Source of the DNA: Eledone cirrhosa
Taxonomy: Eukaryota
DNA length: 64,000 nt
Assembly (NCBI GenBank): GCA_964016885.1
Contig: OZ024741.1
Coordinates: forward strand, 37,262,001-37,326,000
Direction of reading: 5' to 3'
In this document: one piece after another, positions 48,401 to 60,923 of the stretch
How the letters are laid out: every line of letters begins with the position of its first letter
How positions within the stretch are numbered: the stretch's first letter is position 1
The notes under the pieces: generated by a model
Told to the model about the DNA's origin: nothing
Seen by the model: only the letters and a program-made list of their open reading frames with translations
Database searches by the model: none
Made by a program: the position numbers and the translations under genes

Positions 48401-51400
48401 GCCACCCCGACACTGAACCCTCAGCCCTGATACACGTTACTTTCCCCTCCCATTCTAAACCTTCAGGTCTTATAGACTTTACTTTCCGCCCCTACTCTAA
48501 ACCCTCAGCTCTGATACACCTTACTTGCCACCCCTACTCTAAACCCTCAGCTCTGATACACCTTACTTTCCTCCCCCACTCTCAACCCTCAGCTCTGATA
48601 CACCTTACTTGCCACCCCTACTCTAAACCCTCAGCTCTGATACACCTTACTTGCCACCCCGACACTGAACCCTCAGCCCTGATACACGTTACTTTCCCCT
48701 CCCATTCTAAACCTTCAGGTCTTATAGACTTTACTTTCCTCCCCTACTCTAAACCCTCAGCTCTGATACACCTTACTTGCCATCCCCACTCTAAACCCTC
48801 AGATCTGATACAACTTATTTTCCTCCCCCACTTTAAACCCTCAGCTCTGATACACCTTACTTGCCACCTCCACTCTAAACCCTCAGCCCTGATACACCTT
48901 ACTTTCCTCTCCCACTCTAAACCCTCAGCTCTGATACACCTTACTTTCCTTCCCCTCTCTAAACCCTCAGCTCTGATACACCTTACTTTCCTCCCCCACT
49001 CTAAACCCTCAGCCCTGATACACCTTACTTTCCTCTCCCACTCTAAACCCTCAGCTCTGATACACCTTACTTGCCACCCCCACTCTAAACCCTCATCTCT
49101 GATACACTTTTCCTGGCACCCCTACTCTAAACCCTCAGCTCTGATACACCTTACTTGCCACCCCTACTCTAAACCCTCAGCTCTGATACACCTTACTTGC
49201 CACCCTACTCTAAACCCTCAGCTCTGATACACCTTACTTGCCACCCCTACTCTAAACCCTCAGCTCTGATACACCTTGCTCGCCACCACTACTCTAAATC
49301 CTCAGCTCTGATACACCTTACTTTCCTCCCCTACTCTAAACCCTCATCTGTGATACACCTTACTTCCCAACCCCACTCTAAACCCTTAGCTCTGATACAC
49401 CTTACTTTCCTCCCCTACTCTAAACCCTCATCTGTGATACACCTTACTTGCCAACCCCACTCTAAACACTCAGCTCTGATACACTTTACTTTCCTCCCCC
49501 ACTCTAAACCCTCAGCTCTGATACACCTTACTTTCCTCCCCCACTCTAAACCCTCAGATCTGATACACCTTACTTGCCATCCCCACTCTAAACCCTCAGC
49601 TCTGATACACCTTACTTGCCACCCCCACTCTAAACCCTCAGCTCTGATACACCTTACTTGCCACCCCCACTCTAAACCCTCAGCTCTGATACACCTTACT
49701 TGCCACCCCCACTCTAAACCCTCAGCTCTGATACACCTTACTTGCCACCCCCACTCTTAACCCTCAGCTCTGATACACCTTACTTGCCACCCCCACTCTA
49801 AACCCTCAGCTCTGATACACCTTACTTGCCACCCCTACTCTAAACCCTCAGCCTTCATACACCTTACTTGCCAACCCTACTCTAAACCTTCAGCTCTGAT
49901 ACACCTTACCTTCCTCGCCCACTCTAAACCCTCAGCCCTGATACACCTTACTTTCCTCCCCCACTCTATACACAAAGCTCTGATACACCTTACTCTCCAC
50001 CCCTACTCTAAACCCTCAGCCCTGATACACCTTACTTGCCACCCCTACTCTAACCCCTCAGCCCTGATACACTTTACTTTCCTCCCCCATTCTAAACCCT
50101 CAGCTCTGATACACCTTACTGGCCAACCCTACTCTAAACCCTCAGCTCTGATACACCTTACTGGCCACCCCTACTCTAAACCTTCAGCTCTGATACACCT
50201 TACCTTCCTCGCCCACTCTAAACCCTCAGCTCTGATACACCTTATTTTCCTCCCCCACTTTAAACCCTCAGCTCTGATACACCTTACTTTCCTCCCCCAT
50301 TCTAAACCCTCAGCTCTGATACACCTTATTTTCCTCCCCCACTTTAAACCCTCAGCTCTGATACACCTTACCTTCCTCGCCCACTCTAAACCCTCAGCTC
50401 TGATACACCTTATTTTCCTCCCCCACTTTAAACTCTCAGCTCGGATAGACCTTACTTTCCTCCCCCACTCTCAACCCTCAGCTCTGATACACCTTACTTT
50501 CCTCCCCCATTCTAAACCTTCAGGTCTGATACACGTTACTTTCCTCCCCCACTCTAAACCCTCAGCTCTGATACACCTTATTTTCCTCCCCCACTTTAAA
50601 CCCTCAGCTCTGATACACCTTTCTTGCCACTCCCACTCTAAACCCTCAGCTCTTATAGACTTTACTTTCCTCCCCCACTCTAAACCCTCAGCTCTGATAC
50701 ACCTTATTTTCCTCCCCCACTTTAAACCCTCAGCTCTGATACACCTTTCTTGCCACTCCCACTCTAAACCCTCAGCTCTTATAGACTTTACTTTCCTCCC
50801 CCACTCTAAACCCTCAGCTCTGATACACCTTATTTTCCTCCCCCACTTTAAACCCTCAGCTCTGATACACCTTACTTTCCTCCCCCATTCTAAACCCTCA
50901 GCTCTTATAGACTTTACTTTCCTCCCCCACTCTAAACCCTCAGCTCTGATACACCTTATTTTCCTCCCCCACTTTAAACCCTCAGCTCTGATACACCTTT
51001 CTTGCCACTCCCACTCTAAACCCTCAGCTCTTATAGACTTTACTTTCCTCCCCCACTCTAAACCCTCAGCTCTGATACACCTTATTTTCCTCCCCCACTT
51101 TAAACCCTCAGCTCTGATACACCTTTCTTGCCACTCCCACTCTAAACCCTCAGCTCTTATAGACTTTACTTTCCTTCCCCTCTCTAAACCCTCAGCTCTG
51201 ATACACCTTACTTGCCACCCCTGCTCTAAACCTTCAGCTCTGATACACCTTACTTTCCTCTCCCACTCTAAACCCTCAGCTCTGATACACCTTACTTGCC
51301 ACCCCCACTCTAAACCCTCAGCTCTGATACACTTTACCTGGCACCCCTACTCTAAACCCTCAGCTCTGATACACCTTACTTGCCACTTCCACTCTAAACC

Positions 51401-54400
51401 CTCAGCTCTGATACACCTTGCCTGCCACCCCTACTCTAAACCCTCATCTCTGATACACTTTACTTGCCACCCCTACTCTAAACCCTCAGCTCTGATACAC
51501 CTTACTTGCCACCCCTACTCTAAACCCTCAGCTCTGATACACCTTACTTGCCACCCCTACTCTAAACCCTCAGCTCTGATACACCTTACTTGCCATCCCT
51601 ACTCTAAACCCTCAGCTCTGATACACCTTGCTCGCCACCCCTACTCTAAACCCTCAGCTCTGATACACCTTGCTTCCCACCCCTACTCTAAACCCTCAGC
51701 TCTGATACACCTTACTTCCCACCCCTACTCTAAACCCTCACCTCTGATACACCTTACTTGCCACCCCTACTCTAAACCATCAGCTCTGATACACCTTACT
51801 TTCCACCCCTACTCTAAACCCTCAGCTCTGATACACCTTACTTGCCACCCCTACTCTAAACCCTCAGCTCTGATACACCTTACTTGCCACCCCGACACTG
51901 AACCCTCAGCCCTGATACACGTTACTTTCCCCTCCCATTCTAAACCTTCAGGTCTTATAGACTTTACTTTCCTCCCCTACTCTAAACCCTCAGCTCTGAT
52001 ACACCTTACTTGCCACCCCTACTCTAAACCCTCAGCTCTGATACACCTTACTTTCCTCCCCCACTCTCAACCCTCAGCTCTGATACACCTTACTTGCCAC
52101 CCCTACTCTAAACCCTCAGCTCTGATACACCTTACTTGCCACCCCGACACTGAACCCTCAGCCCTGATACACGTTACTTTCCCCTCCCATTCTAAACCTT
52201 CAGGTCTTATAGACTTTACTTTCCTCCCCTACTCTAAACCCTCAGCTCTGATACACCTTACTTGCCACTCCCACTCTAAACCCTCAGATCTGATACACCT
52301 TATTTTCCTCCCCCACTTTAAACCCTCAGCTCTGATACACCTTTCTTGCCACTCCCACTCTAAACCCTCAGCTCTTATAGACTTTACTTTCCTCCCCCAC
52401 TCTAAACCCTCAGCTCTGATACACCTTATTTTCCTCCCCCACTTTAAACCCTCAGCTCTGATACACCTTACTTTCCTCCCCCATTCTAAACCCTCAGCTC
52501 TTATAGACTTTACTTTCCTCCCCCACTCTAAACCCTCAGCTCTGATACACCTTATTTTCCTCCCCCACTTTAAACCCTCAGCTCTGATACACCTTTCTTG
52601 CCACTCCCACTCTAAACCCTCAGCTCTTATAGACTTTACTTTCCTCCCCCACTCTAAACCCTCAGCTCTGATACACCTTATTTTCCTCCCCCACTTTAAA
52701 CCCTCAGCTCTGATACACCTTTCTTGCCACTCCCACTCTAAACCCTCAGCTCTTATAGACTTTACTTTCCTTCCCCTCTCTAAACCCTCAGCTCTGATAC
52801 ACCTTACTTGCCACCCCTGCTCTAAACCTTCAGCTCTGATACACCTTACTTTCCTCTCCCACTCTAAACCCTCACCTCTGATACACCTTACTTGCCACCC
52901 CCACTCTAAACCCTCAGCTCTGATACACTTTACCTGGCACCCCTACTCTAAACCCTCAGCTCTGATACACCTTACTTGCCACTCCCACTCTAAACCCTCA
53001 GCTCTGATACACCTTGCCTGCCACCCCTACTCTAAACCCTCATCTCTGATACACTTTACTTGCCACCCCTACTCTAAACCCTCAGCTCTGATACACCTTA
53101 CTTGCCACCCCTACTCTAAACCCTCAGCTCTGATACACCTTACTTGCCAACCCTACTCTAAACCCTCAGCTCTGATACACCTTACTTGCCACCCCTACTC
53201 TAAACCCTCAGCTCTGATACACCTTGCTCGCCACCCCTACTCTAAACCCTCAGCTCTGATACACCTTGCTTCCCACCCCTACTCTAAACCCTCAGCTCTG
53301 ATACACCTTACTTCCCACCCCTACTCTAAACCCTCACCTCTGATACACCTTACTTGCCACCCCTACTCTAAACCATCAGCTCTGATACACCTTACTTTCC
53401 ACCCCTACTCTAAACCCTCAGCTCTGATACACCTTACTTGCCACCCCTACTCTAAACCCTCAGCTCTGATACACCTTACTTGCCACCCCGACACTGAACC
53501 CTCAGCCCTGATACACGTTACTTTCCCCTCCCATTCTAAACCTTCAGGTCTTATAGACTTTACTTTCCTCCCCTACTCTAAACCCTCAGCTCTGATACAC
53601 CTTACTTGCCACCCCTACTCTAAACCCTCAGCTCTGATACACCTTACTTTCCTCCCCCACTCTCAACCCTCAGCTCTGATACACCTTACTTGCCACCCCT
53701 ACTCTAAACCCTCAGCTCTGATACACCTTACTTGCCACCCCGACACTGAACCCTCAGCCCTGATACACGTTACTTTCCCCTCCCATTCTAAACCTTCAGG
53801 TCTTATAGACTTTACTTTCCTCCCCTACTCTAAACCCTCAGCTCTGATACACCTTACTTGCCACTCCCACTCTAAACCCTCAGATCTGATACACCTTATT
53901 TTCCTCCCCCACTTTAAACCCTCAGCTCTGATACACCTTACTTGCCACCTCCACTCTAAACCCTCAGCCCTGATACACCTTACTTTCCTCTCCCACTCTA
54001 AACCCTCAGCTCTGATACACCTTACTTTCCTTCCCCTCTCTAAACCCTCAGCTCTGATACACCTTACTTTCCTCCCCCACTCTAAACCCTCAGCCCTGAT
54101 ACACCTTACTTTCCTCTCCCACTCTAAACCCTCAGCTCTGATACACCTTACTTGCCACCCCCACTCTAAACCCTCATCTCTGATACACTTTTCCTGGCAC
54201 CCCTACTCTAAACCCTCAGCTCTGATACACCTTACTTGCCACCCCTACTCTAAACCCTCAGCTCTGATACACCTTACTTGCCACCCTACTCTAAACCCTC
54301 AGCTCTGATACACCTTACTTTCCACCCCTACTCTAAACCCTCAGCTCTGATACACCTTACTTGCCACCCCTACTCTAAACCATCAGCTCTGATACACCTT

Positions 54401-57218
54401 ACTTTCCACCCCTACTCTAAACCCTCAGCTCTGATACACCTTACTTGCCACCCCTACTCTAAACCCTCAGCTCTGATACACCTTACTTGCCACCCTACTC
54501 TAAACCCTCAGCTCTGATACACCTTACTTTCCACCCCTACTCTAAACCCTCAGCTCTGATACACCTTACTTGCCACCCCTACTCTAAACCATCAGCTCTG
54601 ATACACCTTACTTTCCACCCCTACTCTAAACCCTCAGCTCTGATACACCTTACTTGCCACCCCTACTCTAAACCCTCAGCTCTGATACACCTTACTTGCC
54701 ACCCTACTCTAAACCCTCAGCTCTGATACACCTTACTTGCCACCCTACTCTAAACCCTCAGCTCTGATACACCTTACTTGCCACCCCTACTCTAAATCCT
54801 CAGCTCTGATACACCTTACTTTCCTCCCCTACTCTAAACCCTCATCTGTGATACACCTTACTTCCCAACCCCACTCTAAACCCTTAGCTCTGATACACCT
54901 TACTTTCCTCCCCTACTCTAAACCCTCATCTGTGATACACCTTACTTGCCACCCCCACTCTAAACCCTCAGCTCTGATACACCTTACTTGCCACCCCCAC
55001 TCTAAACCCTCAGCTCTGATACACCTTACTTGCCACCCCCACTCTAAACCCTCAGCTCTGATACACCTTACTTGCCACCCCCACTCTAAACCCTCAGCTC
55101 TGATACACCTTACTTGCCACCCCCACTCTAAACCCTCATCTCTGATACACCTTACTGGCCACCCCTACTCTAAACTCTCAGCTCGGATAGACCTTACTTT
55201 CCTCCCCCACTCTCAACCCTCAGCTCTGATACACCTTACTTTCCTCCCCCACTCTAAACCCTCAGCTCTGATACACCTTATTTTCCTCCCCCACTTTAAA
55301 CCCTCAGCTCTGATACACCTTTCTTGCCACTCCCACTCTAAACCCTCAGCTCTTATAGACTTTACTTTCCTCCCCCACTCTAAACCCTCAGCTCTGATAC
55401 ACCTTATTTTCCTCCCCCACTTTAAACCCTCAGCTCTGATACACCTTTCTTGCCACTCCCACTCTAAACCCTCAGCTCTTATAGACTTTACTTTCCTCCC
55501 CCACTCTAAACCCTCAGCTCTGATACACCTTATTTTCCTCCCCCACTTTAAACCCTCAGCTCTGATACACCTTACTTTCCTCCCCCATTCTAAACCCTCA
55601 GCTCTTATAGACTTTACTTTCCTCCCCCACTCTAAACCCTCAGCTCTGATACACCTTATTTTCCTCCCCCACTTTAAACCCTCAGCTCTGATACACCTTA
55701 CTTTCCTCCCCCATTCTAAACCCTCAGCTCTTATAGACTTTACTTTCCTCCCCCACTCTAAACCCTCAGCTCTGATACACCTTATTTTCCTCCCCCACTC
55801 TAAACCCTCAGCTCTGATACACCTTATTTTCCTCCCCCACTTTAAACCCTCAGCTCTGATACACCTTACTTTCCTCCCCCATTCTAAACCCTCAGCTCTT
55901 ATAGACTTTACTTTCCTCCCCCACTCTAAACCCTCAGCTCTGATACACCTTATTTTCCTCCCCCACTTTAAACCCTCAGCTCTGATACACCTTACTTTCC
56001 TCCCCCATTCTAAACCCTCAGCTCTTATAGACTTTACTTTCCTCCCCCACTCTAAACCCTCAGCTCTGATACACCTTATTTTCCTCCCCCACTTTAAACC
56101 CTCAGCTCTGATACACCTTTCTTGCCACTCCCACTCTAAACCCTCAGCTCTTATAGACTTTACTTTCCTCCCCCACTCTAAACCCTCAGCTCTGATACAC
56201 CTTATTTTCCTCCCCCACTTTAAACCCTCAGCTCTGATACACCTTTCTTGCCACTCCCACTCTAAACCCTCAGCTCTTATAGACTTTACTTTCCTCCCCC
56301 ACTCTAAACCCTCAGCTCTGATACACCTTATTTTCCTCCCCCACTTTAAACCCTCAGCTCTGATACACCTTTCTTGCCACTCCCACTCTAAACCCTCAGC
56401 TCTTATAGACTTTACTTTCCTTCCCCTCTCTAAACCCTCAGCTCTGATACACCTTACTTGCCACCCCTGCTCTAAACCTTCAGCTCTGATACACCTTACT
56501 TTCCTCTCCCACTCTAAACCCTCAGCTCTGATACACCTTACTTGCCACCCCCACTCTAAACCCTCAGCTCTGATACACTTTACCTGGCACCCCTACTCTA
56601 AACCCTCAGCTCTGATACACCTTACTTGCCACTCCCACTCTAAACCCTCAGCTCTGATACACCTTGCCTGCCACCCCTACTCTAAACCCTCATCTCTGAT
56701 ACACTTTACTTGCCACCCCTACTCTAAACCCTCAGCTCTGATACACCTTACTTGCCACCCCTACTCTAAACCCTCAGCTCTGATACACCTTACTTGCCAC
56801 CCCTACTCTAAACCCTCAGCTCTGATACACCTTACTTGCCACCCCTACTCTAAACCCTCAGCTCTGATACACCTTGCTCGCCACCCCTACTCTAAACCCT
56901 CAGCTCTGATACACCTTGCTTCCCACCCCTACTCTAAACCCTCAGCTCTGATACACCTTACTTCCCACCCCTACTCTAAACCCTCACCTCTGATACACCT
57001 TACTTGCCACCCCTACTCTAAACCATCAGCTCTGATACACCTTACTTTCCACCCCTACTCTAAACCCTCAGCTCTGATACACCTTACTTGCCACCCCAAC
57101 TCTAAACCCTCAGCTCTGATACACCTTGCTCTCCACCCCTACTCTAAACCCTCAGCTCTGATACACCTTGCTTGCCACCCCTTCTCTAAACCCTCAGCTC
57201 TGATACACCTTGCTCGCC
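33485..57218. repeat. 42-bp satellite array, about 565 units, with higher-order repeats
   Basis: Consensus ACTCTAAACCCTCAGCTCTGATACACCTTACTT(GCCA/TCCT)CCCC(T/C), uninterrupted for 23.7 kb. Confidence 0.99.
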
Positions 57219-57600
57219 CAGTCCACACATACAAACATGAAAGTCCAACGCACTCTACATCTGATCTCTTGGAATGCTGTTACCGCAACAAAAACACTAA
57301 GTCCACCCAGTATACTGATCTGGTTCCACAACAAAAGCACCCAGTCCATCCTGTAAAGTGGACATGATGGTGACACAAGAAAAATCACCCGATCAACCTT
57401 GTAAGGTAGTTGTGCTGGTGACAACAGAAGCACCCAGTCCACTCTGTAACAAGGTTGGCATTAAGAAGGACATCCACTTCTAGAAACCAAGCCAAAATAC
57501 AGATCCATATGAGCAAGACTTTGTTCACCTGACCTGAATTGTCCCTCTACAAACTGTCTAACCCATGCGAGGAAAATAGACATTAAATGACGATGATGAT
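57219..57600 (+). mobile_element. Remainder of RTE-like 3'UTR and (GAT)n tail
   Basis: AAAAGCACCCAGTCCA..CTGTAAAGTGG repeats, GGTTGGCATTAAGAAGGACATCCA, TCTAACCCATGC...ATTAAATGACGATGATGAT. Confidence 0.85.
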
Positions 57601-57840
57601 AATTTATATATGAATATATATACTCATGTACACACACACATAAGGTGAGGTTTTATAGTGCAGCGCAGTATATAATATCTCGAAGGTAATATACATGTAG
57701 AGAACAGTTATTTCTAATTATGTGTAGCATTTTAATCTGCTTAAATCTACAAACAAGTATTTCAACATATGGTGATAACTCCAGAAGGACTAAGACAACA
57801 CAATATAAAGAGAATCATTATGTATCAGATGAATTGTATC

Positions 57841-58026
57841 AGGATTGGCAGTATCTGTAAGGGTCGGATGCCATGCTTTGCTGCATAGAATTAAGGCCCT
57901 TTATGATCTGAGTTCAAATCATGGCAAGGTTAACTTTGCCCTTCAACCTTACGGGGTCGATAAAATAAAGTACCAGTAATGTACTGGATAATTGCTGGCC
58001 TTGTGCCAAAAGTAGAAACAATTATT
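57841..58026 (+). mobile_element. Family-1 SINE (followed by an older split copy at ~58060-58150 plus ~58570-58628)
   Basis: A box, B box, core and tail. Confidence 0.88.
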
Positions 58027-58327
58027 GTATCAGATGAAATGCAGTATTTCATTACAGCTCTTAATGTTTTGGTTTCAAATCCTGCTGAGGTTAATTTCGC
58101 CTTTCAACATTCTGATGTTAAAATAAAATACCAGTAAAATACTGTGGTCAATATACCATATTTGCCTATTGGACATCATATGGATATGTATAAGATGCCC
58201 CCTGGTTTTAAAGGGACATTTTTGAGAAAAGAAGAATTTTAGTACATTTCTTCATAAATTGATTAAAAATTATTTCATTGTTTTTTTTCAGAAACTCTTC
58301 TATACGTTCAACACCATTTTTCTTATA

Positions 58328-58546
58328 TAAATTGTATTACTGTATTAGTAATACTAACTAAATTGTATTGTATTACTGTTAGTGTTACTAATACAGCAAT
58401 ACAATGCAATTTAGTTAGTGTTACTAATAACACTAACAGTAATACAAACTAAATTGTATTGTATTACTGATTTAGTAATACTAACAGTAATACAAACTAA
58501 ATTGTATTACTGTATTAGTAATACTAACAGTAATACAAACTAAATT
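58328..58546. repeat. AT-rich repeat with direct and inverted subunits
   Basis: TAAATTGTATTACTGTATTAGTAATACTAAC units plus reverse-complement segments. Confidence 0.8.
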
Positions 58547-58662
58547 TTTTAACCATGATTGGCTTCCCATCAATTGACTTTCCCTTCCCCTAAAATCACT
58601 GATATTGTGTCAAAATTAGAAACCATTAGCTTTCTAGTATTTGTTCTCGTTGTGGGACTTAA

Positions 58663-58870
58663 CCCTTTAGCCTTTAAACTGGTCGTATCCGGCCACAATT
58701 CTCTCACCTCTTTCTGTTCAAACTGGCTGTAACTGGCCGCTCACACTGACGTTAATGTATTGTTCTCAAAATAAATAACATCAAAATCTCATAGATTCGA
58801 TATTATGTCAAATAATTATGTGAGGTAAAGCCTTTAAGACAATAGTATATATAATGTAAATGCTAAAGGG
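58663..58870 (+). mobile_element. piggyBac-like MITE (type 1), second copy
   Basis: TTAA|CCCTTTAGC ... GCTAAAGGG|TTAG; colinear with 1331-1551. Confidence 0.85.
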
Positions 58871-59383
58871 TTAGAACATTGATGACAAGATTGTTTCCTT
58901 GATACATGTAGTGTGTTTTGATGATGTTGATGAAGAAAAGATCCTCCTGTGTTGATTGGATGATGCTTTCATGGTCATAGTACATGTTTGGTGTGAGGGT
59001 CTAGATTGTCTGTAGATGAAACCTCTCTGTATAAAACATTACTAAGAAGTGAATAGTGATATCTTCTGCATGCGATACGAAAGTTCAATGACCATGAAGA
59101 GCAGTCTCCACTGAACTGAAGAAGTAATCCATACAGATGAGTTCAGATTACCAAGCCTAAGACGAGGGGAAGTTATCTGGATGTTACCTGGAAGTTATTA
59201 CAGTGGTCCTATAAAGTAGTGGAAAGATCAACTGAAGTGCATCCTCATTGCCTGAGCATTTCCTGCTGAAAACTTTGAAGGAGTCACAGTGGATTGGAAG
59301 GTGTGGAAGGTCTGTGATGGTGTGCAACAGTTTGAAGCTGGAGATACTAGGAAACAGGATGATTGAAGAGCAGCCCATCACTA

Positions 59384-59668
59384 GGCATGTGGCTTAGTGG
59401 TAAGGGTGTTGGACTTACGATCATAATGTCATGGCTTCGATTCCTTGGATGGGTTGCATGTTGTGTTCTTGAGCAAAACACTTTATCTCATACTGCTCCA
59501 GTATACTTAGCTGAAAATGAGTACCAGCAATAGCTGGGAGTTTAACCTTGTGATGGACTGGTGTCCTGTCCAGGGGGGTTATTGTACTCTCAGTCACTTC
59601 AGACCATGAAACTGGGATAAGCACTGGCCTTATGAGCCTTCTGGCTTGAGACAGACTTTAGACTAGAC
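59384..59668 (+). mobile_element. tRNA-derived SINE family 3 (V-SINE-like)
   Basis: TGGCTTAGTGGTAAGG A box, GCTTCGATTCC B box, TCTTGAGCAAAACACTT, and CTTGTGATGGACTGGTGTCCTGTCCAGGGG resembling the V-SINE domain as recalled. Confidence 0.75.
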
Positions 59669-59923
59669 CAGAGGTTCTCAAATGTTTTGGGCCACCACCC
59701 CCATCCTCATGGCCAGGTAATACCCTCAGTGTCCCCCACCTCTATTTCCAGAGAGATCTGCCTACATGCAAATTGCAAATAATATATAATAAATAAAATC
59801 GTTAATTTATATATAATAAATAATATAATATATACTATTTATAAATAAATATCATATATTTTTTATTTTATTATATTTATATATATGAATCATTTGATAT
59901 TTAATATACTATTATATCATCAA

Positions 59924-60116
59924 GGGTGGTGGATTGGCAGTATCGGTAGCGACTCAAACGCCATGCTTTGCAGCAAAGAGTTACGGCCCTTTATGGTCTG
60001 AGTTCAAATCCCGCCGAGATTAACTTTGCCTTTCATCCTTACAGGGTCGATAAAATAAAGTACCAGTAATACACTGGTATAATTGCTGGCCTTGTGCCAA
60101 AAGTAGAAACAATTAT
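59924..60116 (+). mobile_element. Family-1 SINE
   Basis: A box, B box, core and tail. Confidence 0.9.
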
Positions 60117-60119
60117 ATC

Positions 60120-60293
60120 ATCTCTGGTGCAGTAGCATCCACTTTAAGAACCTCTGGACGAGACCATCACCATTGCCATATTTGCTCATCCATCAGTAAC
60201 AATGTGATTTTTCATCCATCTCTAGCTTGTACTCCTGTCTGACTCTTACATATTGGGTTTCTATCACATCTTCAAGGTCATCAGAGACATGGT

Positions 60294-60331
<38 letters not shown>

Positions 60332-60761
60332 ACGCCTTTCTCCCTTGCAATGGCACCCATCAACTTGCTTGGTTCATTGTTGATGATATCCTGAACTTCA
60401 GCGACGGACTCGGGCGTTCTGACAGCGTCAGATCGTCGATTATGTGTTTTCCTCTCTGATGTTGCTTTGTAGTCGAATCCTGAATCTTCCAATTCCTTTC
60501 TGACCTTTTCCACCATTCTCCTGCTGACGCTGAGAAAGTCTGAAATTTCCTTATTTGTTCTCCCGGCACAGGTTCCAAGAAGAACTCTGTGTCTCTTGCA
60601 CAAATTTGGAGGTTCAAAATTATTCATAATCAATTATTCTGAAAATAAATAATGGAATTATAGTCACTGTTTTTATGAAGACAAGAGTGACAACGGAAGT
60701 AAAAAAAAATTTGCATAAAATTAGCAATTGAAAATTGCGAACAAATATCGTCCACACCCTG
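60120..60761 (-). mobile_element. Tc1/mariner-superfamily transposon, 5' remnant (HTH region; maT/DD37D-like by recall)
   Basis: TA|CAGGGTG left end at 60761; ORF GRTNKEISDFLSVSRRMVEKVRK...RTPESVAEVQDIINNEPSKLMGAIARE; interrupted by (TA)n; no DDE domain seen. Confidence 0.75.
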
Positions 60762-60923
60762 TATATATATACACATATAGATATACACACATATATATAT
60801 ATATACATATATATATACACATATATATATATACATACACATATATATATATATATATACACATATATATATATATAAACATATATATATATATACACAT
60901 ATATATATACATATATATATGTA

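Noticed and set aside
33485-57218. CRISPR array (constant part plus variable part)
   Set aside because: The variable part is only about 12 bp and drawn from a few related variants; no unique spacers, no cas genes, eukaryotic context
33485-57218. True telomeric repeat
   Set aside because: Only one CTAAACCCT per 42 bp; no tandem TTAGGG
35659-57367. Large His/Pro-rich protein or zinc-finger genes (up to 1326 aa)
   Set aside because: They follow from a 42-bp stop-free unit; non-ATG starts, scattered frameshifts, no C2H2 spacing, located in a LINE UTR
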